From NCBI RefSeq assembly GCF_902459465.1, contig NC_047082.1:7378001-7442000 (forward strand): a stretch of DNA of 64,000 nucleotides, read 5' to 3'. Positions 20,143 through 33,379 of the stretch are shown piece after piece. This DNA comes from Asterias rubens. Lineage: Eukaryota. The notes beneath the pieces were generated by a model. It did no database searches, was not told where the DNA came from, and was given only the letters and a program-made list of their open reading frames with translations. The position numbers were made by a program, and so were the translations under genes. The first letter of the stretch is position 1. Every line of letters begins with the position of its first letter.

Positions 20143-21603
20143 CTGAAAAAGAGAGACAGAAAGATTGATTTATGTGAATAAATATCTCAAGTGGTCGTCG
20201 ATCATTTAAACAAATTCAAATTCAAATTAAATAAGCCATAGATAGATAGATGTGGTTATCGTTCCCTACAATGACGTCACAAACGTTAAGTAAGACTTGG
20301 ATGCGTCACAAAATGATTGCCTTGGGTCAGTGCTGCCTTATTTTGTGTAGGCCAACTTGTCTATATGCATGACAAGTCTGAATAATTGGTGACGTAGGCC
20401 TATACAGGGATAAAAGCTATCGCAATTTTTCAAAATGGCCGCCATTTTGTCACATCCCCAACATCACTACTAGTTGTGCATATGCAACACTTGCTCTAAA
20501 GGGTTAAAGAAAGGTAACGCGAACGACAAGTGCTCATTAGAACACAGGAAATGACAAATACATGTAATGGGATATCAGATATTTTGCTGGTTCATAATAT
20601 CAAAAGGCTAAATGAAGATTTTCGTCAAGCAAAGATATATTTTTAGATATATTGCGAGTCTTAGTTCGAGATGTCTATTCACATACTGTTGTTACAAACA
20701 TTTTGAAGAGTCATTGAACAAAAATATGGGTCTTTTAAACTACGTTTATTTGTCTTCAACCATTGTTCGGTCTGTTAAGCTGCACTGTACGAGGTTGCAT
20801 AATCACATCGACCCCTCCATGGTCATTGTACCAGACGTACATGTAGGTTGTGACCTGCAAACAACCTCGTGTAAAGAATTGTTTTATAGACAAACCTAAT
20901 TGCTTACCAACTAATGTAAAAGCTTCACATGAGTTTTGTATTTGCGATTTAGGACTGCATGACAATTCCGGAGTCTTTGTTTTAATTTCTACTCAGAATA
21001 GTCCACAGTAATTCCCAACGAACAATAATATAGCAGTATATTTAAAGACTGAGTCACTACTAAAAATAGCCTTATACCCATGGTACAACCAGGGTCTGAC
21101 CTGGGGGCAAGGTTGCATTATGAAGTTTTGGGGCTTACTCGACAGTTCGGTCAAGGAGGCATTTCCTATTGGGTGGGGGGTCGACATTTTACACCACTCG
21201 CACTTACACTTTTATCGCATAAAAGACGTTTTTGCATACAGTTTCATCTTAATTAAACACAAGGAAATGTTACAAAACTAAGCATTTTTTTGTTTGCTGT
21301 TCTAAACTTAATACATACATAATACTTACTATGCCAGGGCATGCTGTCAAAGTTGCCCAGACGGCTCAATGATCAGATACAAGTGTCAAGGCGATTCAAA
21401 TGCGATAACCTCGTTGTCCAATTAGTCTAATCCTGTCTCAAAACACATCCGATAAAAGTCATCAAGTCAAAAGGACACTCAAAGACATCACAATGATGCA
21501 CAATTAATGTTTCTAAACGTGTGAATAAACAGTATGGTTGATCTCCTATTCTGATTCTACAGTCAGTGTTTTCTTCAGTGTTTTTTTTTCAGTGATCAAG
21601 CTT

Positions 21604-21664
21604 CAGCCACAGCCATATAGCCATATAGCCATAGCCATTAGCCATATAGCCATAGCCATAGCCG
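21604..21664. repeat. (TAGCCA)n-type microsatellite
   Basis: agccatatagccatatagccatagccattagccatatagccatagccatagcc. Confidence 0.85.
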
Positions 21665-24600
21665 ATAATCCAGACAGTCCCTACAGGTGTTTCTCGAAAA
21701 CGTTACCACCTAAAATTAATTAATGAGGATTTATTGGTTTGTTGTTTTTTTGTCTATATAGGATTGTAATGGTTAGTTTTAAAGAGGGGCTCAATGCCAA
21801 GTTCAAACTCAGTTTTGCGATCCATTCATTTTTCAAAGGATCTCTTTATGAAAATGGGGGAAAATTCAGAATTATCTAACCTCAAGGGGCGTTTTCGTGG
21901 TCGCAATCAATCGGTTGAACTTGCCATTGGTTGATTACTAGCCATTGACCGAAAAAAAAGGACGGAGAGATTTAGCTCATTTCTGAAATTGGTTGATAGG
22001 CCTATATTCAATCAAAAACAGCTTAAAATTTGAACTTTTGACTGGCACACAAATTTCCTCTTTGCACTGTAAAGACCCATTTGTACTTTTTACGTTCGAT
22101 GACGTCACAATTAAATTTTTCCTGTCGGAATAAAATTAAATTTTACACCATTTTCACGTGAGCTTAGAGACGAGTAATATTGTTCCGACTTGCATTATGA
22201 ATTTATCTATTTAAAAATGAGTGAATCACAAAACTGAACTTGAAATTGAAGCCACTCTTTAACACAAACACCCCTCTAAAAGAAATGAACCGTCCCTATG
22301 CACGTTGGGATATCAGCTAGCAGATTCTAAATTGGAACTTCCGATGACAAGTTATGGGTAGCAGTGACAGTACATTATAAATCGACAAAACGTCTTTATC
22401 ATTACACGTTACAGCTCATTGCTATATTGGGTATAGATCATACAGATTCTCCTTTAGTAGTCTCGACCATTGGATTATATGAAGACACGTGTCCATTCTA
22501 TATCTATAACTGTTTTATTATACTGATATAGTTATGCCAGTATAGGCCTAGTTAGAATATAATGGATAATACACCACTTTATTAACGGGCGGATGTGAGC
22601 AAAGTAAATGAAAATTGCTTGAAATTATTTACAGAAATACTAATGCAACACAACTCAAACAGATTGTGACAACCCGTCAATTAAAAGAAATCCATGATTG
22701 GAGTGGAATTATTTGGATATTCAGCCTCGAAACTTTTTCCAGAGGGCGCTTTTTACAGCAATAGTGACGTCATCACTATTTGTCCACAACGTCAATTTGA
22801 AGAAAAACAAGACTTATACCATGTATTGTGAACATGGTACTTATCATGCATTTAAACTTACCTATGCTCTCTAAATCAAACATGGGCGCGTTTTTATTTG
22901 TCCAAGGTTCTTTAAGTCGGCTGGTTCTACATAGGAGTTTGAGAAGAACGGTTGACCGAAGAACGCCAAAGGGACGGTACAAGTTTCACCCGGTCGACCG
23001 TGGTACAACCATGTACAACGGACGTTCAACCTTAAAACACGCCTCACCGTCTTGTTCTTACGAAGACATTTACGTCATACCACATCGTCGAGACTTGGTT
23101 ATTCAAAAACTTGACTTGATGGACGAGAAGTTCCGATTGGGTTGATTTTACACCACGAACGTGCGAAGAGTATTCCTGAATATTGAGTTATATTGGGAAG
23201 AAAACTATACTCGATGATAATTTTTGCAATATACATGCAATTTTGCTGTATTGGAAAGTTTTACTTGATGATAGCTTGGCGTTCATATAATACTTGGATA
23301 TCCTTTTCTAGTTTCGATGTGACATAGTTGGATTGTTTCACCAGGCTAGTTTGGCATCATACAGTCATGACCGCACGTTTGTCGATTAGTCATGATAGCT
23401 TGGGTGCATACTTCTGCAAGGCCTGTCTTTAATATTCACGTAAGCCGTGCCTGAGATAAAAGCCAAGCTAGGCAGCTACCCACTTATTTTACGAAGGGGA
23501 AGGGTATATTGGGGAAATATTCAAAGCACCTCAACGTTACGTTCTTCCGGCTTTGATAATTCTGATTCAGAATCTTAACAGATAGTAGACTTGCTTCAAG
23601 TCCCTTGTTAACCCTGACTTACCCTCAGAGAGGGAGCTGACCATATCGCGATGCTAATGTGTTGCTTAAAAGCTTCCCTGCTTAGCAAAAGGAGGATGAT
23701 ACCAGTCACAGATGGTGGTATGGTAGTTTGGCTGGTAAACATAATTCTGGTAAGCATAAATTTGTTGTGCTCAGCAAATGTTTACTCTTGTGAGCAGTTC
23801 TATGAAATTGGGACTGCGGGTCGTTTCGTTTCAAGAAGTACTCACGTCTTAAACATTATCTGTTATTTGTGCTCATTTTGTTTTTATTTATAAGAATTAT
23901 GCACTGGTGCTGAATTAATTTATCACAATTACCCAGAAGTCATGAAACCTTTCCTAACAAGAGTTCAAACCATAATTAATAACTCAGTTACTTGCGAAAT
24001 GATCACACTGCTCTTTATCAACAGCTATTAAACATTAATGTGTATTTTTGTTCTTTTTATAACACATCATTACTAATCAATTGCAGGCCGTCCGACCGGG
24101 ACAGTAGAAAATCAGTTATAAGTCGTAAAAAAACACAAAATCCCTCACAAAATCCTTCACAAATTCATTTTGGTTTACCCATTCACACTGATGTGTGCAA
24201 GCAGTGTGTACTCATTTTTTCCCGAGCTCTGTAAAAAAAAAAATCACAGGCATACGGGTGGGATTCGAACCCACGACCTTTGCAGTTATAGAGCAAAGTC
24301 TTACCAAATGAAAAACAAATTCTTAGCTACTCAATTGCTACCTTTCAGTGTTATTTTGGTCATCTTGAATAACATCCCTCATTACAATAAAACAGCAATA
24401 CCTGAGACGGGTGAGAGCCGATTAAAAGTGTGAGTGACGGAGGGGGCTGCTGACTGGGTAATAAGGCAACTGCAAGGGCACACACCCTTCCGAAACTGTC
24501 ACGCTCGTACCAACCCCACACCCCTGCTAAGGCCAACAACAGGCGGGGGCTTAGTCAATCAAATTAAATAATTAAACCTTTTTTTTCTTATCTTTTTATC

Positions 24601-25327
24601 CAAAAAGAAGACTAACACTCGTAGCCAAATGTGACTGCCGATCTTAATTTGTCATTCTAAATGCAAACACAAATAGTACACTATTGCCCAAAACAATTAA
24701 ATCGCCATCCATTTAATATGCAAGGAAGTCTTTAATTGTCTTAGGAGCTCAATAATCAATAATCTACTCTGATATAGCAAAGCAGTACAAAAACACGCAG
24801 CATTTACACTTAGTGTCTTCAATTTACAAAATAATTTATAAGTCTTGATAAGAAATACACCTTTAGCACAATGAAAAACATTACGGAAAAGTACGTGTAA
24901 AACTATAAGAAAGAAACTTTCCAGCTGTACGGAACACCAAGTCCCATGCTCATCCTCCATTGATGTTCTTGTTGACTATTTGGGTAGGCCTGTCGAAGAC
25001 AACCAGTATGCTACTTCACTATAATCACAAAAGCAGTTACTCTATAATAATACTTCTAATATTAAATAAAAAACATATAGTGTGGATTTGCGAGGTTTTG
25101 TTTTTTTCAAAATGTCGTTAAAGATATCGAACATGCTCGGATACAGTTCGCCACGATTCTTTTTTGCAACATACGGAGTCCCAGAAGTGCCGTTGTACTT
25201 ATCGAGATAACGAGATCGGCCCTCCAGGAAAGAAGCTCCATAATTCTTGCTTGGCCATTTTGTTGGTGTATCTTCCAACAATTACGAGCAATGTGCTTGG
25301 AATACGAAGAAACGGACGATCAGACAA

Positions 25328-25549
25328 TAGACTTGGTTTCAAGTCTGCGATCGTGGCTTTTAGTCTACCCGATAGCCAATACATTATTGCATCAACTAGC
25401 GCCTTCTTGTGAGATTAACCTCTGTATTAGCCTACGATCACGAGTTGAGATTGCGAGTTGGGGCGCGTGATAGCTAATAATAAGGGGGCGTTTTTCATGG
25501 GTGTTGGTGCAGAGGAATAACCGCGATCTCAGACTTGAAATCAAGTCTA
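25328..25549. mobile_element. MITE, TAGACTTG family
   Basis: tagacttggtttcaagtctgcgatcgtgg ... ccgcgatctcagacttgaaatcaagtcta inverted arms. Confidence 0.7.
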
Positions 25550-25672
25550 ACAATCATATAGCACTTATACATTGTTGAATAACAACCAAATTTCAGTTCA
25601 TAGCAGCCTCGATTACTCGCTTTGAAATTAGCATTACTTCTTTGCGTGAGACGGGTCTCTTTTTGGTCTTGG

Positions 25673-28012
25673 TTAAATCACACCAAAGTCTTTCCTTTTA
25701 AAGTTAACATCGTCCTCCCATTGGTCAGGTCGTTGAACATCAATAGCGCCCTCATCGATCATCTCCTTGTGAAACCCTATAACGTTACCGTAAGAGGGCG
25801 GTGCAGGAGACGAAGAAGGCGTGTACATGACGTCACATGAGGGAGGGTATGACGAGTTGACCACGCGTGGTGGGTACATCGCATCCACCGGTGGGTGGTT
25901 GAAGCCACCGTCCGAAGCGTATCCATTCTGCGGTGCCGAGTAGTGGTTTGGGAAATGATTGACTGTTTTGTGATCCCGGAGTTGTATCTGGTCCCTTGTA
26001 GTGTGAATACCTGGAGTATCGGATTCAGGCTCCCGGTTCATACATTGACGTACGCAGCAGTACATAAGGGCGAAGACTAAGACTATACCGAGAATAATCA
26101 GAACGATGTGCCACCAAAAGAATCCTAAAGAGATCAGAAAGAAATAAAGTCATTAAGACGCCGTGTCAACATATCGCTTCCTCTTTTATACGGGGTCCCC
26201 AATTGAGATGGAGTACAAATTCAGCCATTTCTTCAAAGTGGAATGACCTAGGGAGTCGAATTCATTAATAACCTAAACTGGACCATTCCACATCAAAAAG
26301 GGGGGGGGGGTCAATTCCCCAAAACTATTTGCACTCATGTAGAACATAATACACCACCGCATAAAACACGCCTACCATTACCAAGCTTAAAGGCAGTGGA
26401 CACTACTGGTAATAACTAAAAATAATTAGCATAAAACCTTTCTTGGTGACGAGTAATAGGGAGAGGTTGATAGTATAAAACATTGTGAGAAACGGCTCCC
26501 TTTGAAGTAATGTAGTTTTTGTGAAAAGAAGTGATTTTCCACGAATTTGATTTCGAGACCTCAAGTTTAGAATTTGAGGGTCTCGAAATCAAGCATCAGA
26601 AAGCACACAACTTCGTATGACAAGGGTGTTTTTTCTTTCATTATTATCTCGCAACTTCGACGACCGATTGAGCTCAAATTTTCACAGGTTTGTTATTTTA
26701 TGCATATGTTGAGATACACCAACTGTGAAGACTAGTCTTCGACAATATTACCAATAGTGTCCACCGTCTTTAATGAAATCAAATAATAATACTCATCTTC
26801 AAGGGTAGCTGCTGCTACTAATTCAACTCATTTTCACTATTCAATAACTTGTTTTTGTCTTTATGCGCTTATTTTCTGCAAATGTTAGCTGTTTATGGCC
26901 AAGTTATTCTCCAAGTTGAACAGAAGCTGGACTATATCGACGATCGAATTATAATCTACATTGGTGGTTTTATACACCTATCCAACCCCCTACCGCCACG
27001 CCCCCGTTGTTTTACCTCATCTTGAAGGGTATCCTGTGTTATACTGTTATAAGACGTGGTACCCCGCCCGTCTTCCAACCCCACGCCCCCATTGTTTTAC
27101 CTCCTCTTGCAGGGTATCCCGTGTTACTGTTATAAGACGTGGTACCCCCACCCGTCTTCCAACCCTACGGCCACGCCCCATTGTTTTACCTCCTCTTGCA
27201 GGTATCCTGTGTTACTGTTATAAGACGTGGTACCCCACCCGTCCTTCAACCCTACGGCCACGCCCCCATTGTTTTACCTCCTCTTGCAGGGTATCCTGTG
27301 TTACTGTTATAAGACGTGGTACCCCCACCCGTCTTCCAACCCTACGGCCACGCCCCATTGTTTTACCTCCTCTCGCAGGGTATCCTGTGTTACTGTTATA
27401 AGACGTGACACGCCTTGTTGTGCGTCTTGTTAGACTGCGTCTTGATGATCGGGTTAGTTTCTGATGAGATCCTGTTCAAAACGAAGACGAGGATTGGGTT
27501 TACTAAAAATCAAATACATCGGGCGTCACAGTCCCCGTCATTTTGTGGTTTACCATCAGCTCTAGCAATGCAAAGGTCATGGGTTCGAATCCCACCCCAG
27601 TGATTCGCCTGTGGTGTCTTTTCTCTAAACATGTTCGAGTAACTGCAGTTTTTCAGAGATTTTACCAACAACAATAAAACAAACAATAGTTTATAGTCGA
27701 ACTTGAGTTCGATAGCCTAATATACGAAATAAATTATCAGTGGTTTATTTAAATGAAGTGAGATAACAAATCTTCACACTTAACATGTTTATGCTTGTCA
27801 TAAAAACAATAAATCTGTATCAATTCCTATCCGGAGTTTTCAGAATACACAAAACAGTCGTGAGGATGTATCCAAGTGTTGTTTTTTATCAGGAAAATTA
27901 TAATAATTATATTGAGAGCGGAAGATTGTTTGTTATACTCACTCGACTCCGTGAGGTGAAAAACCAAAACCAGGACAAAAAGTAGAACCAGCACACGAGT
28001 AGAGGGCGCCAT
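25673..28012 (-). CDS. Single-pass membrane protein C (signal peptide, Arg/Ser-rich ectodomain, TM+CC, PPSY), 208 aa
   Basis: Exons 27943-28012 (MAPSTRVLVLLFVLVLVFHLTES, A|gtgagt), 27367-27471 (RSHQKLTRSSRRSLTRRTTRRVTSYNSNTGYPARG, G|gtaaaa), 25673-26124 (FFWWHIVLIILGIVLVFALMYCCVRQC...PAPPSYGNV); all phase 1, total 627 nt. Confidence 0.78.
26391..26769. mobile_element. Kolobok-like MITE with TTAA TSD
   Basis: TTAA|AGGCAGTGGACACTACTGGTAAT ... ATTACCAATAGTGTCCACCGTCT|TTAA. Confidence 0.8.
26985..27407 (-). repeat. ~89-bp tandem repeat x5 containing the 3' end and donor of gene C exon 2
   Basis: G|gtaaaa donor-containing unit at 27367, 27278, 27190, 27101, 27016 (spacings 89, 88, 89, 85). Confidence 0.93.
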
Positions 28013-29649
28013 TCTGTCGGTTGAGCTTCAAAAACTAATGCATTCTATGACGAGAAAGATGATAATGTTTATAATTAGGAGTAATTTTACAAAAGAAAAA
28101 TCTAAGTGCTTCCTGCCTCTCTCTCCCCTCTTAATTTTCATGTATTTTCACTTGATCGCTTTTTGTTACACCAGCTTGCCCGTTTATGTGTCTTGCGTTG
28201 CATTTAGCTTTCGAGAAACACTCGAAACGTCAGGCTATAACCTATACTATTTCCTAACATAGGCCCTATACACTACTTGGTAAAAAGAAAATTCATTAAA
28301 AACCACCCTCTTTTTATTCTCCCCCCCCCCCCCCCGATCCTCTGAAGGCTTTCATTAAGAATGTTCTCAATGTGTGCTCTAATTCTGACACGGGGACATA
28401 AATGGCTCTCTCAAGCAGAATGAAATTATGGGACGGAGGAGAGCAGATTTCGCTTCATCACCGACGCTTAAAACCAATGTCACCATTAACGGTGAGAGTT
28501 TTAAAGGAATTAAAATGGTTGATTAAGCCATCCAGCTGAAAGTATGCATATATTGATGGAGGGGGGGGGGGTAATGTTAGTACACTTAGGCAGAGTACAC
28601 CTACAAGGAAGAGCGAGTTTCAAAGGCAACTTTCGTATTGAGTTTCGATTTCATCTCAGATGTCAATGTGTTCAACCAGGGCCCAATTTCATAAGAGATG
28701 GCTTCAGCACAAAGGGTAGCTAAGCACACAAAAATGAGGCTTACTAACCTAAGCCAAAATATCATATCACGTGTGCGATTCTGCTAAGCAGAGAACTCTT
28801 AAGCAGTTTTCTGTTAAAGAAGCTCAATGAAATATAAGATTCGCGGTTACGCGTGTAATGATAATCTCTACGTGAGGTTATAATTGGTTTCAACTCGACG
28901 TTTCGATCAGTGTGCTCTGACTGTCTTCTAGAGAAATAAGAAACAGCCAGAAATAAAAGAGCGTGAATTAAGAGGAGTGTCTCCCCGTGAGCTGTGATAA
29001 ATTAAGGGGGGGGGGGCTCATGAAGCTAGTACGTGTCTGAGACTCGCTTGCCTCGTGGTGATCATGATTGTGCTCTCTTTGTGCTTATAGCTATGTCTGC
29101 AATTAATGGTCTCCTTATGGAGAGATATTTTATTTTTTAAACATGGAAGGTCTGTTGTTTTGTGTCTTCATTTTCAGTGACAGTCCATTACTGATCCTCT
29201 TGATGAATGTTGCCTCGAGCGATTTCATTTGACAGCCACCCTTAAACAAACATGGCGTAATGGGAAAGATTTTGGTAACGTAATTGATGGAAATATATTG
29301 AAACAGGAGAATACAGGGAAAATGGGGGAACATTCCAGAACAATTAAGAGTATCTGTTGTGATCATGCTTAGCATATAAACATGTTTATCAGCAATGTCC
29401 CATAATTATAATAATAGTAATAATAAAGACATTTTGTAAAGCGCCTAATACAAAAAGCCTCTAAGCGCATAGAGAACAATGAAATTATATACTGAGAAAA
29501 AGATACAATTACAAAATTAATAAGCAGATTAAAAAAAAGCAGCTTCAAACAAAATGAACTTTCAACAGAGACTTAAAACATTGTAAAGAACTAGTCTGGC
29601 GAATATGCACAGGAAGATTTTTCCAAAGAAACGCCGCGACATAATATGT

Positions 29650-29690
29650 CCACAGATCGTTTTCATATATTATATGAAAACGATCTGTGG
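29650..29690. repeat. Perfect 20-bp-arm palindrome
   Basis: ccacagatcgttttcatata-t-tatatgaaaacgatctgtgg. Confidence 0.9.
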
Positions 29691-31700
29691 CCATAAACCA
29701 AAAAAAGCCGTACCGTACATCGCTCGTGAATAGCGCTTCCCAAGGATGCTAATTTATTCTATCAGACATTGTTCCATCTCGTCATCTTATACTCAATTAC
29801 CCTTCGAGTTAAGTGAAGAGACATTTAAGCGAAAGTGGTCAGACGCAATTGACTGATTTAAAATTAGCCTACTTTACAAAAGCGTCGCTCGACATGTCGG
29901 CAAACTACACCGAACCTTCAATGCGTCACCTGGTCCCAATTCTATGGCTCTGCTTACCGTAAGTAAAGAATCGGTGCTTACGGAATTAGGGAAACACGCT
30001 TATGTCAAGCTCACACTCCACATGTAGCCAGCCTCGCTATGGAGACAGAGCTCCCCCCTATAACATTGCGCCTCATCTTTGGAATTAACTGCCGCTTGAC
30101 CCAAGACATAGAATAACCTATCAAGTTTCAAACGACAGCTCAAACTCATCTCTTCAAATCAGCATTTTAAATCACCCTTTGACTTTGACTTTGCAAACCG
30201 GTGCCCTTGAATTGCATTATTGTCAGACACAATGTGCTTTATAAGTGCTGTTATGTATGTTTTTGTTGTGTATCACTCATTGTGTGTGCTTACGCAGAGC
30301 ACAATGAAATCGGACCCATTTGCCAAGTCCCATTTTTTGATTTACTCTTTTTCCAAATAGAGTCCTCATAATTATGAGTGGAGGACTATTACAAGTTTCT
30401 TCCCTCACATTTTAATTGATGTTATTGTTCTCAATAACATTCCGGACAAAATTTATCAACATCCAAAACATCCGATGACATCATTCTGAGAAAAATGGGA
30501 CTCTGCTTAAAGCAGCTCTATTATCGGGCCTCGTACTTGAGAGCACGGCGCCGGTATTTATTCTTTAAACATTTATATTATGTTTTATTCCTTTGACTTT
30601 GGTCAGAGCATACAGTTCTTGTGAATAGATTAATACGAATAAAGCTGCATTGTAAGAAAATGAACAAGACACATAGGCACTATAGTGAGCTGTGATGCAA
30701 GCGAGAATGAGCCTACACATTACAGCAAAGGAGAGACGAAGCTGTGAAAACAACTACAGAGTAGCATCATCGGTATTATAGGCAAATCATGTTGATGTGG
30801 AGTCCAATTTCAAGGCTGTTCACACTACAGAAGATACCACATCCATGTGCATCATGAGCAATGCTAGACAACTAGGCGTAGATTTTAATGGACTCTTATA
30901 TTGCAAGGGCTGTGTTTTGACGGCCGTAAGAAGTGACCCTTTCTTTGCTGTTTACTCTTCTGAGATTTACTGAACAGTGTTCAATATTTCAGGATTTATA
31001 GGATTTATAGGATGTGTAGTGTGGTCTTACAAACATTTTGAGCGCCATACTGGTCAGGTTTCCCTGGACAACATTGGTATTCCTGAATGACGACATAGCA
31101 CCAGACTATCGGTTACCGTCATTACCCACCAATAGTAAAAACTCGAATGTGACGCTCATGACCGAGCGGTTAGTTTTAGAGCATCGTAGCCAGCCTGGTG
31201 TTTCTGATCAGTGGAGTGTGGGTTCAAGTCCCGGCCGTTGCACTTGAATGTTAGAGCAAGATACTTTCCTAATTTGAATGGAACATTATCAGACGTATAT
31301 AGTTGCCGTGTACAGGGAATTGCTATGCGAACACTTATCGTTGAAGAATAGGGGTTAACCATCGGTGTTTCTGGTTTGCATAGCAAGCACCCTTGTTTAA
31401 CGGTTTTCTCAGGCTTGTGAGCTACACTGACTAACTTCACGAGGCATCCTTGATTTCATTAACAGAAATGTGTAAAAATGATAAACATCAGCTCTAAAAG
31501 GTGCCTCATCCTCTGTAAGACACTCCCTTCGATACTGTGACTAGAATATTGTTCGTCAGTAATGCAGCATTACTCGACATTACTCATAGTTCCTCCTTGA
31601 ATATTCCAAGGACTTGAGAGTCGTTCGATCCCATTCCGTGAACTCAACCTCCTTGCTTCATTCTACCATTGGCAGGTTCAAGCAAGGGCAGTGTTCTTAA

Positions 31701-31941
31701 AGGCACTGAACACCTTGTGTAATTGTCATAGACCAGTATTCTCACTTGGTGTATCCCAACATAAAATGCATAAAATAACAAACCTGTGAAAATTTGGACT
31801 CATTGTCATCGAAGTTGCTAGAGAATAATGAAAGAAAAATACGCTCTTGTGGCACTTGGTGTGCTTTCAGATGTATACAAAACCTTAGGCCTGAGATCTT
31901 TCACAATTATTTTGAATAATGACCAATAATTGCCAGTGCCT
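31701..31941. mobile_element. Kolobok-like MITE with TTAA TSD (diverged)
   Basis: TTAA|AGGCACTGAACAC ... GCCAGTGCCT|TTAA; internals resemble the two other copies. Confidence 0.65.
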
Positions 31942-32197
31942 TTAAAGGGACCCTATCAATTTATCCCTTGCAGACGTAGAACGCATCTCTGTGAAACTAG
32001 GCCCGATATTTCATGAAGAATTGAGCAGACATTTCTGTTTCATAATCACTGCTAACCGTAAACTAACGATTCTAGTCATAGCCTCTCTTTCAAACTCAGC
32101 CTCGATTTAGTTTACACTGATTTGAGAAGGACGGATGCTCCTTATTGTTAGGGGAGCGTAGACACAATAGTTTACAGCACAATGTACTTTCACATCT

Positions 32198-33379
32198 TCA
32201 CAGTCTCAGATCATTCCTTCCAGGAGTTTGTTCCCCTTTCTTCCAGGCCCTTGGAGATTTCGGTCTGAGGTTGTTGTGATGTCCAATTTTAGAGGGAGCT
32301 TGGTTTATAATCTAGAGACGGGAAGCTGTTTGGGGGAAACATCAACCATTACGTATCTTAAATAACGGATCAACAACCCGATGATAAGATTCGCACTCAA
32401 CGTCTTAGGATAGCATCGCCAAGATGATTCTTCACAGCTTCTTATCACCCTTTTAAAAGGCCTGATACTTCATGGAGGCAACGAATGTGATTGCGTCCAT
32501 GCCCCTTGTCATTGCCTTGGTGCACTTGAAATGCTCCAGTAGATATTTACAATTTCCTCATCGAGTGCCCCTTTACCAATGAGAAAATGCCTTGGTGCCC
32601 TTGCCCTTTCAGAAACGAAGCATACAGGCCCGTCCAAACACTTATAGTTTATTGCTTTGCCAATGTCAAGATTAAATATTCAAGATTAAATGACTCGTTG
32701 GCAACGTAATTTACAACAAGGCGCATTTTGCAAAAATTCCTATGAATATTATTTAAGATATGACTTTGTATTTCCACTCATTGTCGTGGGTTGCATCTTT
32801 AGGATGGTTCTTTATCTTTAGGGATTGCATCTTCAAGACGATGGTTCGTCTATGCCCTGTGAGAATTCATTTCGAACTCTCCCCGGAGTGGATAAAGTTG
32901 TTGTGCTGTCAATTTTACGATTAGGCTTCCGGCGGCCCGCGGGTTATGTAGAGTCAAGGGGGTATTATTGAGTGTACCTCGTGCATATGAATGATGACAT
33001 GCAAAATACAAATCGTCTGTAAATTTCACAACTTGAAGAGAGGCAATAAGCCGGATAAAAACATGAAACATGCATGGAAGGAGGTAATAAAAGTTATCCC
33101 TTGGGCCTATTATTATGCACGTATTTGTTCATATTCACAGCCATTTGAATTCCTCATTGGATCGGACACTCACACGTGGGTTGTGTTTTTAATCCCATGC
33201 TTCATGTTCACGTGGGTTTCACAACACTTTCTTGTGAATGATTCCATTTACCAAACCGATACGTCTTAAGTAAAACTTACTCTTTCCTGCGTTCTGTATG
33301 GGTAAAAATCACTGGCAAACAGTGCTACACATCTGTGTGAGGGTATAAATAAGCCAGATACGAGTGATAGTGTCAACAT
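32198..33379 (-). CDS. Candidate 2-exon small basic, possibly secreted peptide (70 aa)
   Basis: 33281-33379 MLTLSLVSGLFIPSHRCVALFASDFYPYRTQER|gtaagt joined in phase 0 to cttcccgtctctag|32198-32311 IINQAPSKIGHHNNLRPKSPRAWKKGEQTPGRNDLRL*. No recognised homology. Confidence 0.3.

Noticed and set aside
25042-25412. Overlapping 61-82 aa ORFs between genes B and C
   Set aside because: Partly inside a MITE (25328-25549); no consistent splice model or homology.
26985-27407. CRISPR-like appearance of this and the 60782-61035 array
   Set aside because: Units are contiguous near-identical tandem copies with no unique spacers, in eukaryotic intronic context, with no cas genes.
26961-27433. 146-aa and 68-aa plus-strand ORFs
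   Set aside because: Products of the GC-rich 89-bp tandem repeat; frames shift between units.
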